Part shown: positions 18,943-28,396 of the stretch, one piece after another | Layout: each line of letters starts with the position of its first letter | Numbering within the stretch: position 1 is the stretch's first letter | Virus record (IMG/VR): IMGVR_UViG_3300042876_000418 | Coordinates: 1 to 64,000 of that record | Direction: 5' to 3' (one strand) | DNA: 64,000 nt | Source: a virus | The notes under the pieces: model-generated | The model's database searches: none | What the model was told of the DNA's origin: nothing | What the model saw: the letters and a program-made list of their open reading frames with translations, nothing else | Program-made: the position numbers and the translations under genes

Positions 18943-19297
18943 TGCCGTATTCCTCTTCAGTCTGAAGGAACACCCGCCCGAATCGGTACGATCCAATCTT
19001 GACGCGCGGTTTCCAGAATGGGCACTTGGTTTGCATCTGGCTTGCAGTATCCCCGGCCCCCATATCAGTCTGGTCATGGCGTTCAGCGCAAACCGGAATC
19101 CATGAGTTATCGCAGACATCTTCACCAAAAATAAGTTTATGGTGATCTTGATCCTGAGCGATAAGGTCGCCACACGTTACGCACGATTGAGTCGCTGGAT
19201 TGTGGTAGCACTGCGATTCGTGCTTTTGCGCATTCTTGTTTACCTTGTACTCCTTAGCGCAATGGACACAGGCGTATTTCGTGATTATGATTGGCAT
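18932..19297 (-). CDS. Cys/His-rich Zn-binding protein
   Basis: YACVHC..KHESQCYHNP..CVTC. Confidence 0.65.
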   Translation of the reverse strand: MPIIITKYACVHCAKEYKVNKNAQKHESQCYHNPATQSCVTCGDLIAQDQDHHKLIFGEDVCDNSWIPVCAERHDQTDMGAGDTASQMQTKCPFWKPRVKIGSYRFGRVFLQTEEEYGNEH

Positions 19298-19301
19298 TGG
19301 G

Positions 19302-19520
19302 CTATTCCTTCATCGTTCCTGGGAAAACGGCATTCACGACTTCGGTCATTTGTTCGATAAACTCCTTGAACTCTTCCGGCGTGAATGTGATTTTCTCCCC
19401 TGCATTCCATTGAAACGGTCTCCCATTCATCCACAGCTTGATCTCGTTCGATTCCGACTCGCAAATCACCCGGACATTCCCGCCCGGCTTTGAATATCGC
19501 AAACTATCACACTTCAGCAT
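19302..19520 (-). CDS. Hypothetical protein
   Basis: ORF after the structured RNA. Confidence 0.55.
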   Translation of the reverse strand: MLKCDSLRYSKPGGNVRVICESESNEIKLWMNGRPFQWNAGEKITFTPEEFKEFIEQMTEVVNAVFPGTMKE

Positions 19521-19536
19521 AACCTATCCTTTCAAA

Positions 19537-19640
19537 TAAAAAACCGCTTTGCTCGCTTATCTCAGACTTCGGCAAAAGGATTAACTCTGGTTGGCTGACC
19601 AGGAAAACCCGAAGCCTGAGGTAAACAAACAAAGCGGCGA
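19537..19640 (-). ncRNA. C4/CI-like antisense RNA
   Basis: Long bulged stem plus U-tract; internal segments complementary to upstream 19654-19665 and 19682-19692; promoter TTGCAA-N17-TAAAAT upstream. Confidence 0.65.
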
Positions 19641-19748
19641 ATACACCACTCTCGTTAATCCTTTTCTAAACTGTACTGCTGCTGGGTAGCCATCCCAACA
19701 CAATCATTTTACCCCATTCCGCCCCGGATTGCAAGCGTTTCACGGTGC

Positions 19749-19982
19749 CTATTTTCCCGGCAGATCGAACACCCGCATCTCTACGCCTTTCGCGTACTCA
19801 GCGGGGTAGTTCGCTTTGAACCACGCTATCGCCTCTTCATCGCCGGTAAAGAATTCCTTGCCGTGGTGGATTTTCTCTTTCCCGTCTTTACTCCAAAACT
19901 CGTAAGGGAATGTAACGTCCCCGATTATGATTCCGTTGACGTTTTCGACTAAACCCAGTTGCATCTCGCGGATCGTTGGCAT
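19749..19982 (-). CDS. Hypothetical protein
   Basis: GGAGGG RBS; MPTIREM. Confidence 0.6.
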   Translation of the reverse strand: MPTIREMQLGLVENVNGIIIGDVTFPYEFWSKDGKEKIHHGKEFFTGDEEAIAWFKANYPAEYAKGVEMRVFDLPGK

Positions 19983-19983
19983 T

Positions 19984-20460
19984 CTACCCTCCCATCCCGT
20001 CGCCCAACTCAAGTACATTTGTCCCCGGTAATAGCCCGGCCATCTCATCCACGTCAAGCTCACTGGCTACGATCACGCGCCCACGCATCCCTGTCAATTC
20101 CATGTAGCCGAATAGCGCCTGGGGCTGAGTTTCAGCCGCCGTCAATATGGCCTTGACAAAATAAACCGCTGTACGCCCCATCTGGAATCGGGCCTGCTCT
20201 TCAAATGCCCGCTTCTTTCCGCCGAACGAACCGACATTCGCAGGCCGGCGGCAAGCCAGGGGGATGAAGGTAAACCGATAAGATTTGCTTTGCCACTGGA
20301 AACGAATTAGCCAAGCGTAGCAGCCATTGGCGGAGCCTTGGGTGATGATCGTAGCCTCAGCCCCGAACGACTCAAGCAACTCTTGGATCTCCCCAAGCGA
20401 TTTCGCGGGGGTGACGGTCGTATCCCAATAGGGGCGATCTTCGGCGTAAGCAGTTATCAT
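19984..20460 (-). CDS. Hypothetical phage protein
   Basis: GGAGG RBS; coherent ORF. Confidence 0.65.
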   Translation of the reverse strand: MITAYAEDRPYWDTTVTPAKSLGEIQELLESFGAEATIITQGSANGCYAWLIRFQWQSKSYRFTFIPLACRRPANVGSFGGKKRAFEEQARFQMGRTAVYFVKAILTAAETQPQALFGYMELTGMRGRVIVASELDVDEMAGLLPGTNVLELGDGMGG

Positions 20461-20487
20461 GATTCCTCCATGTTTTGCAGTGTCCAT

Positions 20488-21159
20488 TTATGACAGTGGA
20501 GTACCGTTATTATCGTCAAGCTCAACCTCCCACAAGTCGGGATCACTGTAATCAACTGTGCTCGATCCAATCTTGTCCGCCGTCCTATTGATCGCGTCCT
20601 GTTCGCTTTTGGCGTCGATGTACTGCCATGCCTGAGAGAGAGACGGAATCCGCAACTTCCATTTCCGCGTGCCCGTTTCCTTCCACCCAATGTAAGCCGC
20701 GCACAATGCCAGCTTCAATGTTTCACCCCGCCAGATTCCGCCAGGCTCGGGTGGATTGCCGTCACCCCACCCTTGCCGGTCGATCTTCGCTTCGTGCAGC
20801 CCGCCAGGGTTGAACGGCGTCACCATTTTGACGAAAAAGCCAGCCTGCTCGATTTCCTCTACCAGGAGGAACACATTCTCGTATGGGCCTGCGGCGAAAT
20901 CGGGGACAGGGGACCAAATGGGAACCTTCTCAGAAATGAGAGCGGAATCCGCCATGTAGGCTTCAAGTTTGTAGCACAGGGCGCTATAGTATTCCCGGTT
21001 TCTTTTGTAGCGCTTCCAGTCAAACGATTCCGGGTAATTGGATTGCACCTCATATCCACCGTCACTGAAAAGGTGGTACTTGCATACCCGGACTTCCAAT
21101 TTATCCGCCCCCCATTTCAATTCCGCGATTCTGCGGTTGATTTCATCGTTTGTCATCAT
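20488..21159 (-). CDS. Hypothetical (ABA-sandwich-like) protein
   Basis: MTNDEINRRIAE..PDF..LALCAAY. Confidence 0.55.
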   Translation of the reverse strand: MMTNDEINRRIAELKWGADKLEVRVCKYHLFSDGGYEVQSNYPESFDWKRYKRNREYYSALCYKLEAYMADSALISEKVPIWSPVPDFAAGPYENVFLLVEEIEQAGFFVKMVTPFNPGGLHEAKIDRQGWGDGNPPEPGGIWRGETLKLALCAAYIGWKETGTRKWKLRIPSLSQAWQYIDAKSEQDAINRTADKIGSSTVDYSDPDLWEVELDDNNGTPLS

Positions 21160-21464
21160 TCCTCCACATATCCATTCACTTGATCGAACAGCGTCGGCTG
21201 CTCTGTCTTGCCGTTGATAATCGCCAGCATGGCGGGGTCCTTGATCACATACCACTTCCCACGATACGGCGCGGCGTTGAATGGGGGATAATTAGCTGGG
21301 AATCCAAGGAACCAGGAATACACATAAAATTTCAACGGCTGATTGGGTAGGCTGGACTGCCAGGCGAACCCAGCGTACCAGTGGGGCACCTGCCCGGACT
21401 CGCCGGCTAGAAACATGATCGGGGTATTGAGCGGCGGGATATCGAAGGTGACGGGCTGAATCAT
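21156..21464 (-). CDS. Hypothetical protein
   Basis: ORF in operon. Confidence 0.55.
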   Translation of the reverse strand: MIQPVTFDIPPLNTPIMFLAGESGQVPHWYAGFAWQSSLPNQPLKFYVYSWFLGFPANYPPFNAAPYRGKWYVIKDPAMLAIINGKTEQPTLFDQVNGYVEE

Positions 21465-21475
21465 TGGGCGTCCTT

Positions 21476-22171
21476 TCAAAACAATAACATTTGCTGCGCG
21501 GCATTTTTGATTCGCCTCTCGCTAATGGCGAAATAATCCGCCTTCTTTTCGCAGCCGATGAAGTGTCTACCAGTCATCATGCAGGCTACACCAGTAGATC
21601 CCCCGCCCATGAAAGGATCGAAAACGGTATCCCCTTCATCGGTAAAATCACAAATCAATCTTTTCATCAGTGTAAGCGGTTTTTGGGTGGGGTGTTCCTT
21701 CTTTCCGAATTCAACCCCGAATCGCCAGATACCCGGTCTACCCCCCCCATTCCATGCTTTCTTTACATTCGGATTGTGCATAATTGCGATTGCGTCACAC
21801 GCCTGAGAAGGACGATCCCCGCTAAATTGCGGAGCGGGATTGACGCGGTCCCATACGCCCGTTCTCACCCATGCCTTTTGTTCCCACGCTACATCGCGCC
21901 ACTTTTTGATGTCCTCAAACGTACAGAATGCAAGAGACCATCGGCGTGATATCCTGAGAAATTCGGCGGCAAGATATCCAGGATCGAGCAGGGCCGTGAA
22001 TTCATCTATGCCAGTATCGTTGTTCCCAATTTGTACCATGCCTGAGTAGTGAACCGCTCCGCTATGTGTTCGTTCATCGTATGGCGGATCTGTAATGATA
22101 TGGTCAACGCTACTCGAATCCATTTTCTTCATGAATTCAAGCGCGTCACCGTGGAATAATTCATAATTCAC
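21476..22171 (-). CDS. DNA N4/N6 methyltransferase
   Basis: TDPPY, HPTQKP, DPFMGGGSTG. Confidence 0.93.
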   Translation of the reverse strand: MNYELFHGDALEFMKKMDSSSVDHIITDPPYDERTHSGAVHYSGMVQIGNNDTGIDEFTALLDPGYLAAEFLRISRRWSLAFCTFEDIKKWRDVAWEQKAWVRTGVWDRVNPAPQFSGDRPSQACDAIAIMHNPNVKKAWNGGGRPGIWRFGVEFGKKEHPTQKPLTLMKRLICDFTDEGDTVFDPFMGGGSTGVACMMTGRHFIGCEKKADYFAISERRIKNAAQQMLLF

Positions 22172-22476
22172 GATTTCACCATCCCCTTGACAATCGCCGC
22201 CCGCTTCAGCGCGGCAATGTAGTGAACCAGCGGTACAATCGCGTCGGGCGGCACAATCGGCATGATCGCATTGAGCGCGTCAACGCGAGCGGCAATCTGC
22301 TCTACGGTTGCGGCGGGCGTCTCGATCAACATGATATCCCCGGCCCCGATTCCCTCCAGCATCGCGCGGATGGATCCGGTTTTGCCGTCGGGCTGGGCGT
22401 ACCCGGCTAAGCGGGCCGCCGTGGTGACGGCCCGCTTACGAGTGAGATAGGCTGAATAGTTCACTTTTTGGGGCAT
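22168..22476 (-). CDS. Hypothetical protein
   Basis: Coupled ORF. Confidence 0.55.
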   Translation of the reverse strand: MPQKVNYSAYLTRKRAVTTAARLAGYAQPDGKTGSIRAMLEGIGAGDIMLIETPAATVEQIAARVDALNAIMPIVPPDAIVPLVHYIAALKRAAIVKGMVKS

Positions 22477-22477
22477 G

Positions 22478-22690
22478 TTACCAACCTTTCGATTCGATCT
22501 GCTTCCAGATATCCGATTCCGACATCCCGCCGTCTTGCCATGCCAGGATCTCGAAAATCCGATCTTCGGTAAAACCCAACTTCCACCATTTCGCCCCGCG
22601 CCAATTTTCCTCGCCGGCGCTCAATTCCCGTTTAGCGCGTTTTTGCGCCAGTTGCTCACGTAATTCTTTTTCGTTCAATATTCCCTCCAA
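22478..22690 (-). CDS. Hypothetical protein
   Basis: ORF in operon. Confidence 0.55.
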   Translation of the reverse strand: MEGILNEKELREQLAQKRAKRELSAGEENWRGAKWWKLGFTEDRIFEILAWQDGGMSESDIWKQIESKGW

Positions 22691-22691
22691 C

Positions 22692-23009
22692 CTACTTTTT
22701 GATGATTAACATAGACGGGGTAACGCGGGTGCAATCCGGTTGCGGATCGTCCCGGTCGTCAACCAATTCATTATGGCTGTTGCCATGAGGCAGAACCGCG
22801 CTATCCCAGGTTTCACCGTCCGGCAATTCGACAATCGTGCCGATATCAATCGGGCTATTGCTGTTATTGTGCCCGACTTGCCAGCACGAATAGCACGAAT
22901 TCCCATCCACGATTTTACCGGTACGGTCATCAATGGTTTCGATTTCAACATCAAAACCACGGCACCCATGATTGTTATTCGGGGTTTCATATAACCAAAC
23001 TTTAGCCAT
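22692..23009 (-). CDS. Hypothetical protein
   Basis: GGAGGGAACG-ATG RBS. Confidence 0.65.
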   Translation of the reverse strand: MAKVWLYETPNNNHGCRGFDVEIETIDDRTGKIVDGNSCYSCWQVGHNNSNSPIDIGTIVELPDGETWDSAVLPHGNSHNELVDDRDDPQPDCTRVTPSMLIIKK

Positions 23010-23054
23010 CGTTCCCTCCAGGGAGTGCTGGTCAACCGGGCCAGCACGGTCTAA

Positions 23055-23342
23055 TTACTTGGGCCAGATATCGGCTACGAATTGCTTGTACGATTCCAGC
23101 GGGTTATCGGTCGTGGCGCAAAAACCGTTGTAGTACAGGTAATGCCCGTTCACCACGATATAATGCCCGGCCTTGTCTGATGTCAGGCGGAGCGCCACGG
23201 CTACGCTGATATTCTTTGATCCAAGATCAACGTACATAATTCCGTCAATCGCCTTGATTCGCATCGAATCGAGAAGATCGAACAAGCGAACCTCTTTTCC
23301 TTTCGATTCGATCTGAGCGGCATTTTCGCCAAAAGTTGCCAT
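23055..23342 (-). CDS. Hypothetical protein
   Basis: GGAGG RBS. Confidence 0.6.
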   Translation of the reverse strand: MATFGENAAQIESKGKEVRLFDLLDSMRIKAIDGIMYVDLGSKNISVAVALRLTSDKAGHYIVVNGHYLYYNGFCATTDNPLESYKQFVADIWPK

Positions 23343-23344
23343 GA

Positions 23345-23608
23345 TTACGCCTCCAACTTTGCAGCGTGGATCGCGGTACCCAGTTCGGCTTCAATGAATT
23401 TCGCGGCGGAGTAGAAATTCTTATCGCGGTTTTCATACGCCATATAGGTGAAGTTGTAGCCAATCCGCTTGAAGCATTCGTTGAGTCTGACGTCATCACC
23501 ACAGAACGGGCCTTCAACGTTGAACGCGAATTTGACACAGGCTTCGTACTTATTGGTCTTGAGATACCCTTGCACTTTCACGAGCGCGGCTTCCAGTTTT
23601 TCTAACAT
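23345..23608 (-). CDS. Hypothetical protein
   Basis: GGAGGG RBS; promoter upstream. Confidence 0.6.
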   Translation of the reverse strand: MLEKLEAALVKVQGYLKTNKYEACVKFAFNVEGPFCGDDVRLNECFKRIGYNFTYMAYENRDKNFYSAAKFIEAELGTAIHAAKLEA

Positions 23609-23727
23609 CGTGATCCCTCCGGATAACCTCAGCCGAATTACCGAGGTGCTTATATGATACCACAAATTTAGCGTATTACAATGTAAAACGTATTTTATAA
23701 TCTATTTCTAATCTTATCCGACAAACG

Positions 23728-23755
23728 AAAAAGCCCCGGATAACCGAGGCTTTTC
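23728..23755 (-). terminator. Intrinsic terminator (bidirectional-looking)
   Basis: AAAAGCCTCGG-TTAT-CCGGGGCTTTTT. Confidence 0.75.
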
Positions 23756-24153
23756 TACAATGGAGAACTCAGGCCCGCGCAGGGCCGTAGACGTCAGATT
23801 ATATGGCCCTGTTGTAAATTTTCGCCGTGGGCCACCGTAGGGACTGGAGTAGGCGTCAGATGGGCGTCGATAAGCCTTTGCCATTTATCTTTTTCGGCCT
23901 GAGTGCGGGCCATGCGCTGGCCTAATTTCAGGCGGGCACATTCTCTACACACAATCAGAGTCGCGTGGTGTTGGATGGGTTTCATGATTATTATCCTCCT
24001 AGTCCGGCATAAACGAAACGCGAAATTCGGATAATCCAGGGGCACACCACGAGATGCACCACCATGCAAACCAGACAACTTTATATGTGCCGGATAGCTC
24101 GATTGAGAAATGGGGCGTCCAATTGTATATAGGCTTACAGTTTATTTTGTCCA

Positions 24154-24750
24154 TCAGCATTCGCTCCGCCCGCAAGAATAACATTTGCGGCACCCCTCTT
24201 CGTTGACCACCGACGCCTGCCCACATTCCGGGCACAATTCGCCGATCTTCAATGCGCCTTTGGGCATGGGTGCTTGGGTTGGGACGCCTACCTGAGTCGC
24301 AACGGAATCCAGAACAACCACCGGCGCGTTATCGCCCCGCTGGTCAATGTAATCTTTCAGCGCGTGCGCGATCCCGTCAGGGAGGGATTGCACCCGATTC
24401 GGGCCGAACCCCAACGAGCGCCCGCCGCCAATGCCGGACAACTGGCTGTAAATCTCATTCAGCCGATCACGGGGCGAGACAGGGGAGTCTAAGCGCAGGA
24501 TGTAGGATATCAGGCGTCCCAACGATTCCGACACAGCGGCGGTTTCCGATCCGGCTTTGGCTGTGTTGACGAATACCTCGAACGGCTGATTGCCCCCGTT
24601 CTCGTTGATCGTCACGAACGCCTTGCCGAGCGGGGTGTCAACCGAAATAGTACATCCCGGTAAGCAATGAACGCGCGGCTTTTTCGAGTTATGCCACGGG
24701 GTTGTTGTAATTGGGATTGTATTTAGTTCTGAGTCTGATATTGATTTCAC
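24154..24750 (-). CDS. TSCPD-domain protein (class II RNR C-terminal-like) with Zn ribbon
   Basis: PFEVF..KAGS..GRLIS..SLPDGIA; CPECG..EEGCRKCYSCGRSEC. Confidence 0.85.
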   Translation of the reverse strand: MKSISDSELNTIPITTTPWHNSKKPRVHCLPGCTISVDTPLGKAFVTINENGGNQPFEVFVNTAKAGSETAAVSESLGRLISYILRLDSPVSPRDRLNEIYSQLSGIGGGRSLGFGPNRVQSLPDGIAHALKDYIDQRGDNAPVVVLDSVATQVGVPTQAPMPKGALKIGELCPECGQASVVNEEGCRKCYSCGRSEC

Positions 24751-24911
24751 TGTTTGCTCCCTGCCTTCGATTCGATTTTCTTCTGATTTTCCACGATCCT
24801 GAGTACCCACGACTGGCTAATCAGCCAACGATCTGCAATTTTTTCAGTGGGCGTGCCCGCCTTGAAAAGTTGATATATTTTTTGGTTTCTGTCCTCGTAC
24901 CATGTCAACAT
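24747..24911 (-). CDS. 54-aa Mor-like HTH protein
   Basis: Not in ORF track: MLTWYEDRNQKIYQLFKAGTPTEKIADRWLISQSWVLRIV..; GGAGGGAAC RBS. Confidence 0.6.
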   Translation of the reverse strand: MLTWYEDRNQKIYQLFKAGTPTEKIADRWLISQSWVLRIVENQKKIESKAGSKQ

Positions 24912-24924
24912 GTTCCCTCCGAAA

Positions 24925-26007
24925 TTAGAAATAGCTGGGCGTCACAGCCCCGCGCATCATGGCGTGTAAATCTGATTTGTCCATCCACCCGTTGTTGATC
25001 ATGTCGTCTGGCTTCCCTGTGAATCGCATCAGCCGCGCCCGATTAGGATGAATCGCGTCCACTCGTTTCGCCAGTTCAAACGCACGCTTAGACGCCTCTA
25101 CGCCCGGATCAAAGCCGATGAACACCCGCCCGGCGTGCTGCAATAGTGGCATTGCGCATTCAAGGCTCTTGATACCAGGGACGCCGATCACCTGGTACTC
25201 CATGCTGTCCAGCGTCTTGAATCCTACCGCGGCTTTGATCTCCCCTTCAAACACCACGAATTCCCCGTCCCATTCCGGATTCCTGTCCGGATCCGCAATG
25301 AACGAATGCGATTCCAGGGAGGCTTTGTCTGGGCGGTATTTGTCGTTCTCTTCAAACGGTTGGAGTAGGCGGTGACGAATGGTGACGGGCTTCCAGCCCG
25401 GCGCGAAAATTGGGATTGATAATGTGGGCGTCTTCCAGAACGATTCGTACCCATCCCCGTCTGTCTTTTTGCGCCATAAGTGAAACTCAGGATTGTACCC
25501 GAGTTGCCAGTATTCCTGCCATTCCTGCGGTATCCCCCGCGCCGCCCACAATCCCCGCGTATTGTAGCGATCCAAGTTGTCGTGATATTCCTCCCATCTT
25601 CTTGCCGACTGGAGATCCAATTTCGCCTTCTCCATCCTGGCCCGCGCAAATTCAAGTTCTTTCGCTGCCACCGCTGCCCGCTGCTCTGCCAACATCCGAA
25701 TTTGAACCGGGTCGGCATCCTCTCCACCCAAAATCCGGCAGGCTTCCGGGAAATCACAGTTGGGGGTTACTTTCATCACAAAATCAATTGCATCACCACC
25801 CCCGCAATGAGTGAAGCACGTCCACTGCATGATCCCGGTTTTCTTTGAGCGGTACACACAAAACCCGGTAGGATTGTCGCCCCCATGAATCGGACACGGT
25901 CCCCGGAATTCGTGCCCCATCTGGCGTAATCTCACGTTCATCATGGTTTGAACGAGATTCACTAAATCAGTTGAATTTATCAGCGTCTTTACGTCGATAT
26001 TAGGCAT
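24925..26007 (-). CDS. DNA primase (CHC2 Zn finger + TOPRIM)
   Basis: GPCPIHGG..CFTHCGGGDAIDF; FEGEIKA; GFDPG. Confidence 0.88.
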   Translation of the reverse strand: MPNIDVKTLINSTDLVNLVQTMMNVRLRQMGHEFRGPCPIHGGDNPTGFCVYRSKKTGIMQWTCFTHCGGGDAIDFVMKVTPNCDFPEACRILGGEDADPVQIRMLAEQRAAVAAKELEFARARMEKAKLDLQSARRWEEYHDNLDRYNTRGLWAARGIPQEWQEYWQLGYNPEFHLWRKKTDGDGYESFWKTPTLSIPIFAPGWKPVTIRHRLLQPFEENDKYRPDKASLESHSFIADPDRNPEWDGEFVVFEGEIKAAVGFKTLDSMEYQVIGVPGIKSLECAMPLLQHAGRVFIGFDPGVEASKRAFELAKRVDAIHPNRARLMRFTGKPDDMINNGWMDKSDLHAMMRGAVTPSYF

Positions 26008-26725
26008 TGGTACCCTCTCTGTTTATGTACTCAACCACGTCGAAAGCCGTGATTCCGTGAGAGAAGAAAAATTCATTCCAGTTATCCGGCTTGATCTCTA
26101 ACCCCCGCTCTTTCCTGATTCCTGCCATACCCATCTCCCACCGTTGCGAATCGGGCAGATCGTACCAATCATCATTATGGTAATCGGCTGATGACTGGTC
26201 GGGGAACGAGTCGCCCCCGCTGAAACTCAGTACCACGGGAGAATCGCCGGTCATCTCCAGGAGAGAGATTACCTCTTCCCAGCCCTGATTCGCGCGGTAA
26301 ATTTTCGATTTCAGTCCAACTTTGATAATCTCAGCCATCCACGCCCGGTTAGGACCCTCCATAAAACAGTGAAGTTCACATTGACCGTGGATCCGCGTGG
26401 CAAGTTTGATAGGATCGCTACCGACTACATAAGCCGTATTGAGCGCGACTTCAAACGTGTCGATATTCTTACCGTTCATAGAGAACCCTTCACGATCAGA
26501 ACCAACCCTAAGCCACAGTCTGAAATTGCGCTCAAATTCGCGTTCATCGCTCAGCGCTACATAACTATTTGCCGGGAAAACCTTCTTGTACCGTTCCATA
26601 TTATGCGAAGAGGGTTGCAATACAGCTAAAGCAATCTCGCTAATCAGGCCCCCAAAATACGCCCGCTCCGATCCTCTTACCCCTATTTCGTCACCTTCGA
26701 TTGAGTGAAAATAAATTCTGCTCAC
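26000..26725 (-). CDS. Hypothetical phage protein
   Basis: Long ORF with RBS. Confidence 0.7.
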   Translation of the reverse strand: MSRIYFHSIEGDEIGVRGSERAYFGGLISEIALAVLQPSSHNMERYKKVFPANSYVALSDEREFERNFRLWLRVGSDREGFSMNGKNIDTFEVALNTAYVVGSDPIKLATRIHGQCELHCFMEGPNRAWMAEIIKVGLKSKIYRANQGWEEVISLLEMTGDSPVVLSFSGGDSFPDQSSADYHNDDWYDLPDSQRWEMGMAGIRKERGLEIKPDNWNEFFFSHGITAFDVVEYINREGTNA

Positions 26726-26886
26726 TGATCCTCCTGGTAAATAAAAATTCCCAAACTCTTAGCTGGGGACGACCGAGGGACAACGCCTGGCGGGCTAACA
26801 CGTCATCCACAGCTAACAGTTTGGGAACTGTTCTGTCATCCCTTGGCACCGGCTCCGCCAGAAGCCTCGTATGTTGGTGCGCTTTC

Positions 26887-26947
26887 AGTTTACGGCATTT
26901 CGGGATCAAAGTCAATAGTTGACGGCACCCGTTTTATAGTGTATTAT
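26887..26947. promoter_or_regulatory. Divergent promoter pair at the strand switch
   Basis: Minus strand TTGACT-N17-TAAACT; plus strand TTGACG-N17-TATTAT. Confidence 0.65.
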
Positions 26948-26990
26948 GTTTCCATATCAACCTATTCCAAACTAGAGAGGATACCTACTT

Positions 26991-27248
26991 ATGCCCCCTG
27001 TAAAAACGTTCAACGCCCAAGCAACATTCCCGCTCACGACCAGCGCGAATGAAGCGCTCCAAAATATCGCCCTGCGTCACAAGGAAAAGAAGTCAGACAC
27101 GCTTCGGCGCGCATCGAACCTCGTTATTTTCCTGGACAATGCAGATCGCGATTCCACCCGGCGACTGCTGGTCACTGACAGTCTGTCCGAAATTGCCGCC
27201 CTGCTTCACAAGATCGCCGGCGAAATCGAACAGGCCGCCCAGCCCTAA
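26991..27248 (+). CDS. RHH-like transcriptional regulator
   Basis: ATFPLT..NEALQNIA..KKSDTLRRA; own promoter and terminator. Confidence 0.55.
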   Translation: MPPVKTFNAQATFPLTTSANEALQNIALRHKEKKSDTLRRASNLVIFLDNADRDSTRRLLVTDSLSEIAALLHKIAGEIEQAAQP

Positions 27249-27265
27249 CCCGGCCCATGCAGCCA

Positions 27266-27299
27266 CAAAACACCCCGCCAATCGCGGGGTGTTTTGTTT
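27266..27299 (+). terminator. Intrinsic terminator
   Basis: CAAAACACCCCGC..GCGGGGTGTTTTG. Confidence 0.8.
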
Positions 27300-27367
27300 G
27301 GGGGCTTGTATTACATTGTATATCGTGATATCATAGGAGAACCTTAGTAAAGCCGGAGGGCGAAGCA

Positions 27368-27973
27368 ATGCGAGAATTACGCAGTGAACCAGATCGTTCC
27401 AAGTGGTACCGCCTGCCTGAGCGGGAATCGGTGAAGCACGTCACCTCCCTGCCCATTGGCACGCGGATCACGACTGCCCGCCAGATCGCGCGGGTGGGGT
27501 ACTACTACGAACCCAACGACGCCCCGATCTTTGATATCGCCAAAATGCGGATTCCGTTCCTGGAAGGGCGTCTCGATCATACCGTCAACGAACGCGAGAT
27601 GAACGATCTAATCAAGGCGCTCGGGATCAAGGATGATCAATTCTACCGTTGGGTGGATTACCAGAATCGTGGCCGCTGGCAAAGATCGAAATCTGCCGGG
27701 CAGGATTATGACGGCATGAGAGTCGCGTGGTATCAGAATTGCGATTACTCCAAAGATTACCCATTGACAATCACAGGGACGAAAGCGGCATGGCAAGGGG
27801 AATACTACGCGCCAGATAGCTGGGTATCCCATACCGAATACGGGGATGAACACGAATATGAACCCGGTGGCCTGTCCAATCGGGCATATCTCAAGTATTA
27901 CATCTGCGAAGAGTCATGGTCGGGGCGAGTCGTTTTCGTCCATCCCCTTGACGCCCGGGAGGTGAAAAAGTGA
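27368..27973 (+). CDS. Hypothetical protein
   Basis: GGAGGG RBS; promoter TTGTAT-N17-TATCAT. Confidence 0.7.
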   Translation: MRELRSEPDRSKWYRLPERESVKHVTSLPIGTRITTARQIARVGYYYEPNDAPIFDIAKMRIPFLEGRLDHTVNEREMNDLIKALGIKDDQFYRWVDYQNRGRWQRSKSAGQDYDGMRVAWYQNCDYSKDYPLTITGTKAAWQGEYYAPDSWVSHTEYGDEHEYEPGGLSNRAYLKYYICEESWSGRVVFVHPLDAREVKK

Positions 27974-28293
27974 AAGGTATCGTACCGTCCGAATCGCCTG
28001 CCCAATTCGAGCGCGGGCAGAATGAGTTATTCCAGGCCGAGAAGGCCGCCGCGAATCAGTGGATCGCAAACCTGCGCGCGGTGGGAATCGCAATGGCTAC
28101 CCCGGCCATCTGGGCGGATGAAAACGATTGCACAATTCACCCGATTCAGCCGTACTTCAACGATGGGGTAACAGTCGGATCTATGGTCGCCATTGGGACG
28201 CCGGGCAACTTCCGGGTAGTGCAAATCCTGGCTAAGGCGAACGGGTATTATCGCTACGGTCCGGTAGATGACCAGGACGTGCCGTCTATCTAA
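27970..28293 (+). CDS. Hypothetical protein
   Basis: Coupled ORF. Confidence 0.6.
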   Translation: MKGIVPSESPAQFERGQNELFQAEKAAANQWIANLRAVGIAMATPAIWADENDCTIHPIQPYFNDGVTVGSMVAIGTPGNFRVVQILAKANGYYRYGPVDDQDVPSI

Positions 28294-28396
28294 CCACTCC
28301 CCTTTCCCGGCCCCCTCTCCAGGAATCACACCCCTCTAGGCTCCCGCAAGCTAGAATCGGGGTTTGGAGAGGGCAGTAGGGGGGTGAAAGGAAACC

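Noticed and set aside
18943-19173. Long N-terminal extensions in the ORF track (initiator 19173, helicase 18035, 13925, 33954, 56065)
   Set aside because: They overlap neighbouring real genes; downstream ATGs with RBS or coupling fit better
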